58,412 bases of DNA from positions 1-58,412 of IMG/VR virus record IMGVR_UViG_3300042934_000302. One strand, given 5' to 3'. The translations under genes were made by a program, and so were the position numbers. This DNA comes from a virus. Lineage: Duplodnaviria; Caudoviricetes. Position 1 is the stretch's first letter; each line of letters begins with the position of its first letter. Below are positions 8,789 through 17,319 of this stretch, in pieces. Under the pieces are notes generated by a model, which made no database searches, was not told the origin of the DNA, and saw only the letters and a program-made list of their open reading frames with translations.

Positions 8789-11589
8789 AAATGTCGATGA
8801 ACACCGATGCCAACCGTATTGCCCTCCGTAGAGAAACGCGGGCTAAAATAAGCGACGTAACTGCCGACGATTGGCAACGAATATTTGCGATGAAACTTAC
8901 GGATGCTGATCGTGATAAACTTCGACTGCTTAAACCGTTCATGGATCGTGGCGAAGTACAACGAAAGGCTACGAATCGCTATACGGCGACTGGCCGACCG
9001 CGACCTTTTAGCAAATCGGAAGCGCTCGAACTAGCTGTCGAAGTACAGGCGAAAATTGCGGAATCCAAACGTGAGGAACGTATGGTCGAAACGATTCGTA
9101 CGAAACCGGATAATTATCGAGTAATTACGGATGACACTGACCTACCGATGCTGATGGAGCGTATTCACGAAGAAGTTCGTTTACAGCAGAACGATCCATG
9201 GTTCCGTAAAGTATTCGATCTATTCAATCATACGTTAATCCGCGAGAAGTTACTCGAAAGCAACATTGAGATTCCGTTAGTATCGTCTTTTACTGAGTGG
9301 GACACTGAAACAAGTGGTACCGATACACGCATTGATATGACCGGTGGCTATTCGTTCTGGCTTCCGTTGCTTCGCGAAGGATATTACGTAGCTTACGGAC
9401 ACTTAACGAAAGATCCGCAATGCACGCGGTCAAAGGCATTAGGAGCGATTAAATCGTTCATATCGGATGCAAAGCAAATTAAATCGTTCCATAATACAAC
9501 GTTCGACTACGCGATGATGCTTAACGATAAAATGAAACCCGTTGGCTTTAGATACGACTCAATGGATGCGATGCAGATATTGAACGAACATGAAGAAACG
9601 TTCAAGTTGAAGGAACTCGCGCATAAGTACAAGTATCATATCGGCGCTGATCATTTGGATGATTTTACATTTGAAGATCTATTCGGCGATGGGTCACCGC
9701 TTATTTACTCTCCGGAAATCGTTGGTATATACGCGATAAAGGACGTTGAAAAAGGCTGGTTACTCACTAAATGGCAGATTGATATGCTGCTAAAATGTGA
9801 TGATCTTTACTATCCATATTTTCAGATCAGGCAGTATTTATATGAAGTCAATGTAACAATTGAACGGACTGGATTTGAAATTGATTTGCAGGAAATGAAG
9901 CAACTTGAAAACGAGTTCGAGCCGAAGTTGGAACAAGCCCTTCACGCGATCTATGACACGTACCAGATTGATGACAAGTTTCTTTACGATATGTCGATGA
10001 CTATTAATGGTGATCGAATTGAGTCATGGTGCACGAATAGAGAACGTCAGATAGCTAAACAGAACGAAATGTTAGCGAGTTGTAAAGAACAGCTTGTAGA
10101 CGTAAATCCGGAAACAAAAAAGTATCAGCAGTTAAAAGATCGAATTGAGCGGTATGAAACAAATCCGCTTGATCCACCTAGTCCAGATAATGCACCCGAT
10201 TTCATTCACGAGTTCAACTTAGATTCAGATAAGCATCGTCAATATCTTCTTTACGACGTGCTCAAAATCGAGGATAAGTCACACTTGTTCGATAAGCAGC
10301 GTAAGCGACTCGTTAATAAGAAGGTTATGGACTTATATTATCGCGATGTGCCCGAATTGAAGCCAATGGCTGAATACTCTAAGTTGTCGACGTTGCTCGG
10401 AACTTTCGTCAAGAAGATACCGAATGCACTCGATATGGATGGTCGGCTGCATACGCGACTATCAACGGTATCGACTGGGCGTTATAGTTCGAAGGGGTAC
10501 ACGGGCAAAGCAAACGATCTGTATCGCGATGATATTACGGATGATAATTTTATCGCACATATGAATGAATTGGTTCACGCGGACAAAGCGATTGAAAAGG
10601 GTACGAACGTACAGAACATTCCGGCTCGATCAAGCGAGGGAGAACGCGTGCGAATGACGTTTAAGCCACCGAAAGGGTGGACGTTCATAGGATCCGACTT
10701 ATCGTCGATTGAACCACGTATACAAGCACATCGTATGGCGACGGAGTTCGGTGACGACTCATTTGCGGAGATGTACCGAAAAGGATTCGATCCTTACGTT
10801 GAGTTTGCGGCAATCCTATTTGAAGTTCCAAAGGAAATCTGCCTAGAGACGTATTATAAATCGGTCAAGGGTACGGCCGACGAGGTTCCGGCGTACCGTA
10901 AAGCGATGAAGCAGATGTTTCTTGCTCGCGGGTATGGCCAAGCATTCGATATGTTCTACAAAGGTGTACTCAAGTTCGGCATTGGCGAACAGCAGGCGCG
11001 AAAGGCATACGATACATTCGACGATATACTGCCAGGTTTCGGGCATATGGTCGATGTAACATTCGAGCATTTACGCAAGCACGGCTGGACGGCAACGATA
11101 TTCAAGCAAAAGCGGAGATTCCCGGGGTACGTCGATAAGTGGCAGAGATTATGCCGAATGATGCGTCGATGTGGTATCCGCGATAAGAACGATCCTGATC
11201 TTGGTAAAAAATCTCGTAAATTGCCGTGGAAAGAACGGTCGGAATTTTGGGAGCTAATCAAGTTTACGGGGCGTTGTGAACGCCAAGGATTCAATCATAC
11301 AATTCAGGGCTCTGGCGCGAATATCCTACAAATGTGTATGATTAGAAACTATTATGAGTTTGTGATAAAACGTGGGTTCGAGTTTTGCTTGACTCTGCAT
11401 GACGAATTAAAAAACGCCGTGCCCAACGATAAGCTAACACCAGATATCATCCACGTGTATAACGATATCATGCGAAATACGTTTAGTCTCGCGTTACCAA
11501 TTAAATGTGATACAGTCATCGAGACAAAATGGATGGATGAGTACAGCGAAGATGAATGGGACTTCGAACACTGTAAGCCAGGAGGATGA
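8785..11589 (+). CDS. polA: Family A DNA polymerase with 3'-5' exonuclease
   Basis: ExoI DTET, motif A DLSSIEPR, motif B RKAMKQMFLARGYG, motif C LHDE. Confidence 0.95.
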   Translation: MKMSMNTDANRIALRRETRAKISDVTADDWQRIFAMKLTDADRDKLRLLKPFMDRGEVQRKATNRYTATGRPRPFSKSEALELAVEVQAKIAESKREERMVETIRTKPDNYRVITDDTDLPMLMERIHEEVRLQQNDPWFRKVFDLFNHTLIREKLLESNIEIPLVSSFTEWDTETSGTDTRIDMTGGYSFWLPLLREGYYVAYGHLTKDPQCTRSKALGAIKSFISDAKQIKSFHNTTFDYAMMLNDKMKPVGFRYDSMDAMQILNEHEETFKLKELAHKYKYHIGADHLDDFTFEDLFGDGSPLIYSPEIVGIYAIKDVEKGWLLTKWQIDMLLKCDDLYYPYFQIRQYLYEVNVTIERTGFEIDLQEMKQLENEFEPKLEQALHAIYDTYQIDDKFLYDMSMTINGDRIESWCTNRERQIAKQNEMLASCKEQLVDVNPETKKYQQLKDRIERYETNPLDPPSPDNAPDFIHEFNLDSDKHRQYLLYDVLKIEDKSHLFDKQRKRLVNKKVMDLYYRDVPELKPMAEYSKLSTLLGTFVKKIPNALDMDGRLHTRLSTVSTGRYSSKGYTGKANDLYRDDITDDNFIAHMNELVHADKAIEKGTNVQNIPARSSEGERVRMTFKPPKGWTFIGSDLSSIEPRIQAHRMATEFGDDSFAEMYRKGFDPYVEFAAILFEVPKEICLETYYKSVKGTADEVPAYRKAMKQMFLARGYGQAFDMFYKGVLKFGIGEQQARKAYDTFDDILPGFGHMVDVTFEHLRKHGWTATIFKQKRRFPGYVDKWQRLCRMMRRCGIRDKNDPDLGKKSRKLPWKERSEFWELIKFTGRCERQGFNHTIQGSGANILQMCMIRNYYEFVIKRGFEFCLTLHDELKNAVPNDKLTPDIIHVYNDIMRNTFSLALPIKCDTVIETKWMDEYSEDEWDFEHCKPGG

Positions 11590-11593
11590 TGCA

Positions 11594-12151
11594 TTGCGTT
11601 GGGAATCAATTATAGGCTATAAGGGCCTTTATGAAGTAAGTGATTGCGGGGATGTAAGAGCATTAGAAACTGGCATTATACGGAAAAAGCAAATAGCTAG
11701 GGGATACTATAGGGTTAACCTATCAAAGCATAGTGTTAAAAAATGGTATCAAGTGCATAGGTTAGTTGCTCGCGCTTTTTGTATCGGGTATCAAGATGGA
11801 TTAATCGTAAACCACATAGATGGGAATAAGCTAAACAATCATTATTCAAATTTAGAGTGGGTTACTCATCAGCAAAATACGCTTCACGGCGTTTATATAA
11901 TAAAAACAATAAATTACGAAAAGGGGCTTACCTATCTAAATAAATGTAGCAAAATGGCCAAAAATCCGGTTGCTATGTTTGATAGTGATAATAATTTAGT
12001 AGCTAAGTTTGAAAGTATTCGAGACGCAGCAAGAAAAACAGGGTTTAATAATGGAAACATATCGCTCGTATGTAATGGCAATAAGCAAAGCATATGTGGG
12101 TTCATATTCAAATTTATTGAAACTAGAACACGAAAGGAGACGATTGTTTGA
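11594..12151 (+). CDS. NUMOD4-HNH-NUMOD1 homing endonuclease
   Basis: W..I.GY.GLYEVS NUMOD4; VHRLVA...VNHIDGNKLNN...NLEW HNH; FESIRDAAR; TTG start after GGAGG. Confidence 0.9.
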   Translation: MRWESIIGYKGLYEVSDCGDVRALETGIIRKKQIARGYYRVNLSKHSVKKWYQVHRLVARAFCIGYQDGLIVNHIDGNKLNNHYSNLEWVTHQQNTLHGVYIIKTINYEKGLTYLNKCSKMAKNPVAMFDSDNNLVAKFESIRDAARKTGFNNGNISLVCNGNKQSICGFIFKFIETRTRKETIV

Positions 12152-13131
12152 CTGAATACAACGACACTATCGCGCAAGACTTCGTATCCATGCTCGACAA
12201 CTTTCATTCCGCGCCGGAGTGCTGGGATGACGAACTCGATTCGCAACTCCATCGATGGTATACGAATCCTCCGAAAATTTGGCCGAAACGCCCGTACTTT
12301 TCACCGTCGGCTGCCGGTAGTGATTCACGAGAACTCTACGTTAAAACACTCGGAGCCAAGCGTGACTCATTCGGCCGTAAGCCGTGGCAAGCACGATGGA
12401 CGGCTGAGGGAACATCCATCGGCGATATGATTCAACGCGACGTATTACTAATCGGTAAGCACGTGCCTGACGCGAAGTTTCATTTCGAGTTTAACGATGC
12501 TGGCCAGCCAATGTTCGAAGAGTTCGCGAAGGTGAATAAACGTATTACTTATCGCGGGCATACGTTTTACATTTATGGCCAGCCGGACGGAATTATGCGA
12601 TATACAACGCCAGATGGCGAAGAACTACGCGTCGGACTCGAAATAAAATCAAAACAGACAACGGCGGCGAAAACGTCGCTACACACGATGCGCGAACCGG
12701 AGGACAAGCACGTCAAGCAAACGGTCGGCTACTCGATCATGTACGATCTCGATGATTACATCATTCTCTACGTGAACGCGTCGAAGAAGTCGTGGAATAT
12801 GACCGACGAGGAATACCATAAGTCACCGGACATTCGCGCATTCCACGTGCATTTTACACGCGACGATAAGTTAGCACTATGCGATTATTTTGCTGACGTT
12901 CTGGACGCGGTGAAAGCTAAAAAGCCACCAGTTTTGAACCTCGACAAATTTACGTTTAATAATTATAAGACAGCGTGTGCAAAATCGTTGTCCGACGAAG
13001 AATTTTCGGATATCGAAGCACTCGTTAACCGCATGCAACACTCGTCACTTGGTGATAAAGCGAAGCAGGAATACGCGGATGCGCTTGAATTTATTCGCAG
13101 CGTCCGTCAGGACGGTGGTGATGCATCGTGA
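12148..13131 (+). CDS. RecB/Cas4-like PD-(D/E)XK exonuclease
   Basis: GQPDG...LEIKS...KQTVGY motifs. Confidence 0.7.
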   Translation: MTEYNDTIAQDFVSMLDNFHSAPECWDDELDSQLHRWYTNPPKIWPKRPYFSPSAAGSDSRELYVKTLGAKRDSFGRKPWQARWTAEGTSIGDMIQRDVLLIGKHVPDAKFHFEFNDAGQPMFEEFAKVNKRITYRGHTFYIYGQPDGIMRYTTPDGEELRVGLEIKSKQTTAAKTSLHTMREPEDKHVKQTVGYSIMYDLDDYIILYVNASKKSWNMTDEEYHKSPDIRAFHVHFTRDDKLALCDYFADVLDAVKAKKPPVLNLDKFTFNNYKTACAKSLSDEEFSDIEALVNRMQHSSLGDKAKQEYADALEFIRSVRQDGGDAS

Positions 13132-13295
13132 GAGACATTAATTATGCCGATGTGCTAACGATGTACCACTATATTATTGGTACGCATCTCGCAGATGGTC
13201 GACTGGATAGCGATAAGTTTGATCGATGTAGTACGAAGTTGCGCGAATGGGAATATCAAGGGCGTGAATCAGCCGAATTGGGGGTTAGGGGATGA
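13128..13295 (+). CDS. Small hypothetical protein (55 aa)
   Basis: GTGA/ATGA coupled on both sides, RBS ggtggtg. Confidence 0.55.
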   Translation: MRDINYADVLTMYHYIIGTHLADGRLDSDKFDRCSTKLREWEYQGRESAELGVRG

Positions 13296-13459
13296 GTAAA
13301 AGCGTTGCATTGGCACTTATTATTGCTACTGTGTTCGATTTTTTAGTTGGGTTTTTATTATCCTTAATTGTTAATGGCCCACCTAGTTATGTGTTTATTA
13401 TTATTGGTTTTATTGGTGGATTTATCGGTTTAGTAATTAGTGGTGTTGAAGATGACTGA
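13292..13459 (+). CDS. Small two-helix membrane protein (55 aa)
   Basis: MSKSVALALIIATVFDFLVGFLLSLIV...; translationally coupled. Confidence 0.6.
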   Translation: MSKSVALALIIATVFDFLVGFLLSLIVNGPPSYVFIIIGFIGGFIGLVISGVEDD

Positions 13460-13988
13460 GCGAATACGAATTCTAGGCATCGATACCAGTTTCGCGTCTC
13501 CTGGGATGACCGTTATTGATATCGTAAATGGTAAACCGAAGTTCATCGCATCATCGCACGTTAAAACTGGCGGTAAATACGCGAAACTTGGCAACGAAGC
13601 ACGCAACGCAATGATTCGAAGCTGGACGGTGCTATTCTGCCGCGACTACTGGCCATTTGACGTAATTGTACGCGAGAAATTTAGCAGTAAATCGGTCGAC
13701 ATTAATCGTAAGGTTTTCGGAGCATGGCGTGAAATGGACGCTGCTCTCGCAGAACTCGGGTACACTGGCGAACCAGTTACGTGTACCCCGGCCCAGTGGA
13801 AGAAGATGGTCGTAGGTAACGGAAACGCAACGAAAACTGACGTAGAGGATGCCGTGAAGCGATACGTAGGCGATGTGGAGTTCGCGACAAGTGGTAAGGG
13901 CGGAACATATGACGAAAGTGACGCAGCGGGGCTGGCATTGTGGTATGCGATTGATAACGGATTAATTGAACGAAAAGGGGACGAGTAA
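13452..13988 (+). CDS. ruvC: RuvC-like Holliday junction resolvase
   Basis: ILGIDTS, catalytic E in IVREK, GNGNATKTDV, DESDA. Confidence 0.9.
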   Translation: MTERIRILGIDTSFASPGMTVIDIVNGKPKFIASSHVKTGGKYAKLGNEARNAMIRSWTVLFCRDYWPFDVIVREKFSSKSVDINRKVFGAWREMDAALAELGYTGEPVTCTPAQWKKMVVGNGNATKTDVEDAVKRYVGDVEFATSGKGGTYDESDAAGLALWYAIDNGLIERKGDE

Positions 13989-14201
13989 ATGAACGATAAA
14001 CACCGATTACTCATCGTAGGACTAATCGACGAAATCCTACGAAATGATTTCGATAAAACCGATCTGCTCACGAAAGAGGAACACGTAGTTTGCTACGATC
14101 GATTGCACGAAGTCGTCGATACATCATCACCGCGTGAACTACGTGAGTCACTCGTAGCACTAGGACGGAAACTTTACGAGGAAGTCGGTGATGCTGAATG
14201 A
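13989..14201 (+). CDS. Hypothetical protein
   Basis: Coupled ORF with RBS. Confidence 0.65.
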   Translation: MNDKHRLLIVGLIDEILRNDFDKTDLLTKEEHVVCYDRLHEVVDTSSPRELRESLVALGRKLYEEVGDAE

Positions 14202-14407
14202 GAAAACACGTAATTAGCACGATCGCGACTATTGTAGTATCGATACTCTACTTCGTATTCTTCCAAGCGCTATTCGTCGGGGTTTCGTTGCTGATCGGAT
14301 TAACATTCGGACTTAACGTAAACGTGCGAGTGCCCGTAATAATCGCGACAATTATGTGGCTCGCAGCTACGTGGACCATCGTTCATGCATCGAGGGGGTT
14401 ACGATGA
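14198..14407 (+). CDS. Small membrane protein
   Basis: Two hydrophobic segments; ATGA coupling. Confidence 0.65.
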   Translation: MRKHVISTIATIVVSILYFVFFQALFVGVSLLIGLTFGLNVNVRVPVIIATIMWLAATWTIVHASRGLR

Positions 14408-14574
14408 TTTTAAATCGAGAATTGGTACGGTTGCTATCGAAGGAACTAGCGGAAACAGAACGTTGCATTGCGCAGCGCGAACGTGAGCTTACCGAATTGA
14501 ATTTGGAACGTAAGCAATTATATGACCGGCTGCACGAGCTGAACGAAAAGATACGAAACGGGGTGGGCGAATGA
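14404..14574 (+). CDS. Small coiled-coil protein
   Basis: ATG 14404 with gagggg RBS; heptad pattern. Confidence 0.6.
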   Translation: MILNRELVRLLSKELAETERCIAQRERELTELNLERKQLYDRLHELNEKIRNGVGE

Positions 14575-14747
14575 AAACATATGTATTGGTATACGATGCA
14601 GCAGTAATTCTATTATATATTGTAATGCTAGTATTGACTATGCTTGGGTATTCGGTGACTAGTAGTAATCTAGACATTCTACTTACCTTCTCGAATATCA
14701 TCATGCTTGGGCTAGTTAACGTAGTATTTATAGGGGGTGATCGCTAA
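14571..14747 (+). CDS. Small membrane protein (58 aa)
   Basis: ATGA/TAATG coupled; hydrophobic; below the track length cutoff. Confidence 0.55.
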   Translation: MKTYVLVYDAAVILLYIVMLVLTMLGYSVTSSNLDILLTFSNIIMLGLVNVVFIGGDR

Positions 14748-14938
14748 TGCTTGGGTATGGAATCAGCGCGTTATTAATCGCATGGATTCTATCACTATTC
14801 GGGTTCCATAAAGCCGTAATATACGGATATCACACGTTATTTGGCGGAAGCATTAATATTTACGTGTATTATCTCGTTTTCTTCACGATGGGCATTACCG
14901 GGTATATTATCGATCAGATCGCGGGGTGGCGTAAATGA
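14747..14938 (+). CDS. Small membrane protein
   Basis: Two hydrophobic segments; RBS gggggtg. Confidence 0.65.
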   Translation: MLGYGISALLIAWILSLFGFHKAVIYGYHTLFGGSINIYVYYLVFFTMGITGYIIDQIAGWRK

Positions 14939-15591
14939 GTATGCTGCTATCCGATAAGGAAAACGAAATCGTCGGTTTGATTCGTGATAAACGATATGAA
15001 CAAGCCCACGAAGAACTATCGAAGTTTATCAATACGGATCCGTTGCCGCCCGTTCATATCGCGCTCATTGGCAAGCTACGAAGTGGCAAGTCGGAAATCG
15101 CCACGTACCTATTCATGCAGCACGGCATCAACGATATTGCGTTCGCTGATTCGCTCAAGCGCGTGATTATCGATCTATACGGTCATAGCGATCATAAGCC
15201 GCGTGAACGACTGCAAGCGATTGGCGAAGCACTGTGCGAATATGATCCGGAAGTATTCGTCAATGCGGCATTACGTACAGCCATGCATTATGATCGCGTG
15301 TGCGTGAGCGATTGTCGCAAGCAAGTCGAATATAGTGCGCTCAAGGACGATGGCTATATGTTCATCCGCGTAACAGCAAGCGACGAGTTACGGTTACAAC
15401 GAGCACGGGAAGCAGGCGACGAGTTTACCGTAGCTGACCTGCAGCATACGACTGAAACGCAACTCGACGATGCGCCCGTAGATTACACGATTGAAAATGA
15501 CGGCAGCATCGAGGATCTGTATGCGAAAGTTGACGTAATATTAGCGGATATTCAACGTTCGTCATCTTCCGCAACATGTGCGACAAGCTGA
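14935..15591 (+). CDS. Deoxynucleoside monophosphate kinase-like P-loop protein
   Basis: GKLRSGKS, AFADSLK, RERLQAIG, SDCR...E, HTTE, IENDGS. Confidence 0.85.
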   Translation: MSMLLSDKENEIVGLIRDKRYEQAHEELSKFINTDPLPPVHIALIGKLRSGKSEIATYLFMQHGINDIAFADSLKRVIIDLYGHSDHKPRERLQAIGEALCEYDPEVFVNAALRTAMHYDRVCVSDCRKQVEYSALKDDGYMFIRVTASDELRLQRAREAGDEFTVADLQHTTETQLDDAPVDYTIENDGSIEDLYAKVDVILADIQRSSSSATCATS

Positions 15592-15941
15592 AATAGCTTC
15601 GTGCCACGCGGAATATCGACGCCAGCCAAATCGTCGCCAACGTATTCGTACCGAAGTGGCAGATTAGCCTTCGTCAGCCCGATATCTCGTACAAACGGCT
15701 TTGCGTATGCATAACGACGATTATCAAATTTAAACGGTTCTACGTCAGGCACACGAACAATGCCCGCTTTACCAACGACCATGCGTTTATTCGCTTTATC
15801 ATAGCCAACGAATAGTTGCGCAGGGTACTCGTTAATTTGTAATAGTTTAACGGAATCACTACTTAGATAAAGCCGTTGTTGCTTGTCTACCGTAACATAT
15901 GCGGTATTTGAAGATCGCGCGCTAATCCATTCGAATGACAT
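15552..15941 (-). CDS. Hypothetical protein (independently promoted moron)
   Basis: Counter-oriented ORF with ggag RBS and TTGACT-17-TACTAT upstream. Confidence 0.7.
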   Translation of the reverse strand: MSFEWISARSSNTAYVTVDKQQRLYLSSDSVKLLQINEYPAQLFVGYDKANKRMVVGKAGIVRVPDVEPFKFDNRRYAYAKPFVRDIGLTKANLPLRYEYVGDDLAGVDIPRGTKLFQLVAHVAEDDER

Positions 15942-16029
15942 AACGATTCACTCCGATTCAAACGTTTTATTAACATAGTATACGCAAGTTCACCGAAAGT
16001 CAATCGTAACAACGAAAGGAAGCGGTAAT

Positions 16030-16368
16030 TTGGCGAACGAATACCCCGGCTTATATACGAGTGTTGGCGTAAAAGCGTTGCTACGCGACTATAATACGCT
16101 ACATGACCGTGGCTACGATAAAGGCGATTATAACGCGGTAATCATGATCGTAGACCTCGAATGTGCGATCACACTCGCAGGGCTTACGGACAGGCAATCG
16201 GAAATCCTACGACTGATTTACGTTGATGACCGAACGCAAGACGACACCGCTGGCGCGCTAAATATTACGCAGCAAACAGTGAGCGAAGAGCTTGCGGAAG
16301 CCCATCGAAAGATTGCCGCTGTTTACGATTACTGGCGTAAAACTGATAATACCACGGTGACAATCTAA
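16030..16368 (+). CDS. Sigma-70 region-4-like HTH regulator
   Basis: LTDRQSEILRLIY...TQDDTAGALNITQQTVS. Confidence 0.8.
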   Translation: MANEYPGLYTSVGVKALLRDYNTLHDRGYDKGDYNAVIMIVDLECAITLAGLTDRQSEILRLIYVDDRTQDDTAGALNITQQTVSEELAEAHRKIAAVYDYWRKTDNTTVTI

Positions 16369-16378
16369 TAAACATACG

Positions 16379-16416
16379 AAAGCCCCTACGCCTATCTACG
16401 TAGGGGCATTTATTTT
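16379..16416. terminator. Intrinsic terminator, probably bidirectional
   Basis: GCCCCTACG-8-CGTAGGGGC followed by atttatttt, between convergent genes. Confidence 0.7.
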
Positions 16417-16513
16417 ACGTACACGCGGCATATTATAAACGAATAAACCCTACGTTTATTCGCGTAGGGTGGAATAGATTACTATATCGTTATTGACGTA
16501 ATTAATGATTATG

Positions 16514-16540
16514 ATACGTAGTAGTGTCGAATTGTGAATT
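16514..16540 (-). repeat. Cassette junction site (exit) AATTCACAA-TTCGACACT-ACTACGTAT
   Basis: Overlaps the stop of 16539-16739; matches 55726-55752 and 45997-46023. Confidence 0.7.
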
Positions 16541-16739
16541 AGAAAAATCTTTTACGAAAGATTCCAAGCGCTATTAATAGCTCTTCTGAACAACGCATGA
16601 ACTCTTCTTGTTGATCTGCAAGATATGCTTCATCACCGTATTTCTTATCTTGATCACGCATATCTTGCATAGCTTCAACCATTTCTGATATAGCTTTAAC
16701 CTGTTTTTCATTGAGTTTGTGACCAATTAAATCTTTCAC
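16539..16739 (-). CDS. AT-rich hypothetical cassette gene 2
   Basis: RBS aaggaaggtg; flanked by junction sites. Confidence 0.75.
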   Translation of the reverse strand: MKDLIGHKLNEKQVKAISEMVEAMQDMRDQDKKYGDEAYLADQQEEFMRCSEELLIALGIFRKRFF

Positions 16740-16751
16740 GCTCTCACCTTC

Positions 16752-16778
16752 CTTCGTTTTAGCTATCTACTGAACAGT
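16752..16778 (-). repeat. Cassette junction site (internal) ACTGTTCAG-TAGATAGCT-AAAACGAAG
   Basis: Lies between the two AT-rich genes; right half matches 16973-16999 and 55428-55454. Confidence 0.7.
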
Positions 16779-16960
16779 TAAAAGTTACCCAATGTTGTAA
16801 TCATTCTGTTCTTTTCTTTTTCCAAAGAATATTTTTGTACCATTAATTTGTTAATGTACCTGTTTCTGCTATCTGTGTATTCGGTTTCCTGTTTGACACA
16901 TAGTCTTTCAATGCGTCTTTGAAGATCATCAATTTTGTCAATCAATAACTTCCCCTGCAT
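16778..16960 (-). CDS. AT-rich hypothetical cassette gene 1 (MQGKLLIDKIDD...)
   Basis: ATG 16960 after gaaggga RBS; flanked by junction sites. Confidence 0.7.
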   Translation of the reverse strand: MQGKLLIDKIDDLQRRIERLCVKQETEYTDSRNRYINKLMVQKYSLEKEKNRMITTLGNF

Positions 16961-16972
16961 TTGCTTCCCTTC

Positions 16973-16999
16973 TTTCGTTTTAGCTGTCAACTACGCATT
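16973..16999 (-). repeat. Cassette junction site (entry) AATGCGTAG-TTGACAGCT-AAAACGAAA
   Basis: 24/27 identical to 55428-55454. Confidence 0.75.
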
Positions 17000-17005
17000 A
17001 CTATT

Positions 17006-17041
17006 CACTATATAATACGTACAAGCATCCATAATCGCGCA
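17006..17041 (-). promoter_or_regulatory. Putative phage-sigma promoter TGCGCG-N16-CGTATTATATAGTG
   Basis: One of four copies with identical spacing. Confidence 0.7.
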
Positions 17042-17046
17042 TATTT

Positions 17047-17319
17047 TCAGAAGTTATTTAGTAGATCATCGAGTCCACCCGTCAGCTCATCATCAGACTT
17101 TTCGATACGATCGAGCATTGGCATCGGTGTTTGCTCATCGCTAACCACCGTTCGCACACGTTCCCCTTCGAAAAACCACGCTCTTAGCGCATCACGTAGC
17201 ACATCGCTAATATCGATACCTTCCGAAAGCTGTTCGATGGCTCGACGCAAATCATCATCCTTCTTCGCGCGGATCCGGCATTTAATTATCTCCGGGCACT
17301 TACGCTTTTGTTCGCCCAT
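17047..17319 (-). CDS. ParR-like ribbon-helix-helix adaptor
   Basis: Small gene coupled downstream of ParM; strand-helix-helix pattern (ISDVLRDALR); C-terminus ending LLNNF. Confidence 0.6.
   Translation of the reverse strand: MGEQKRKCPEIIKCRIRAKKDDDLRRAIEQLSEGIDISDVLRDALRAWFFEGERVRTVVSDEQTPMPMLDRIEKSDDELTGGLDDLLNNF

Noticed and set aside
8785-12151. Group I intron or intein in polA associated with the HNH gene
   Set aside because: polA is uninterrupted with all motifs present, and the HNH gene starts after its stop
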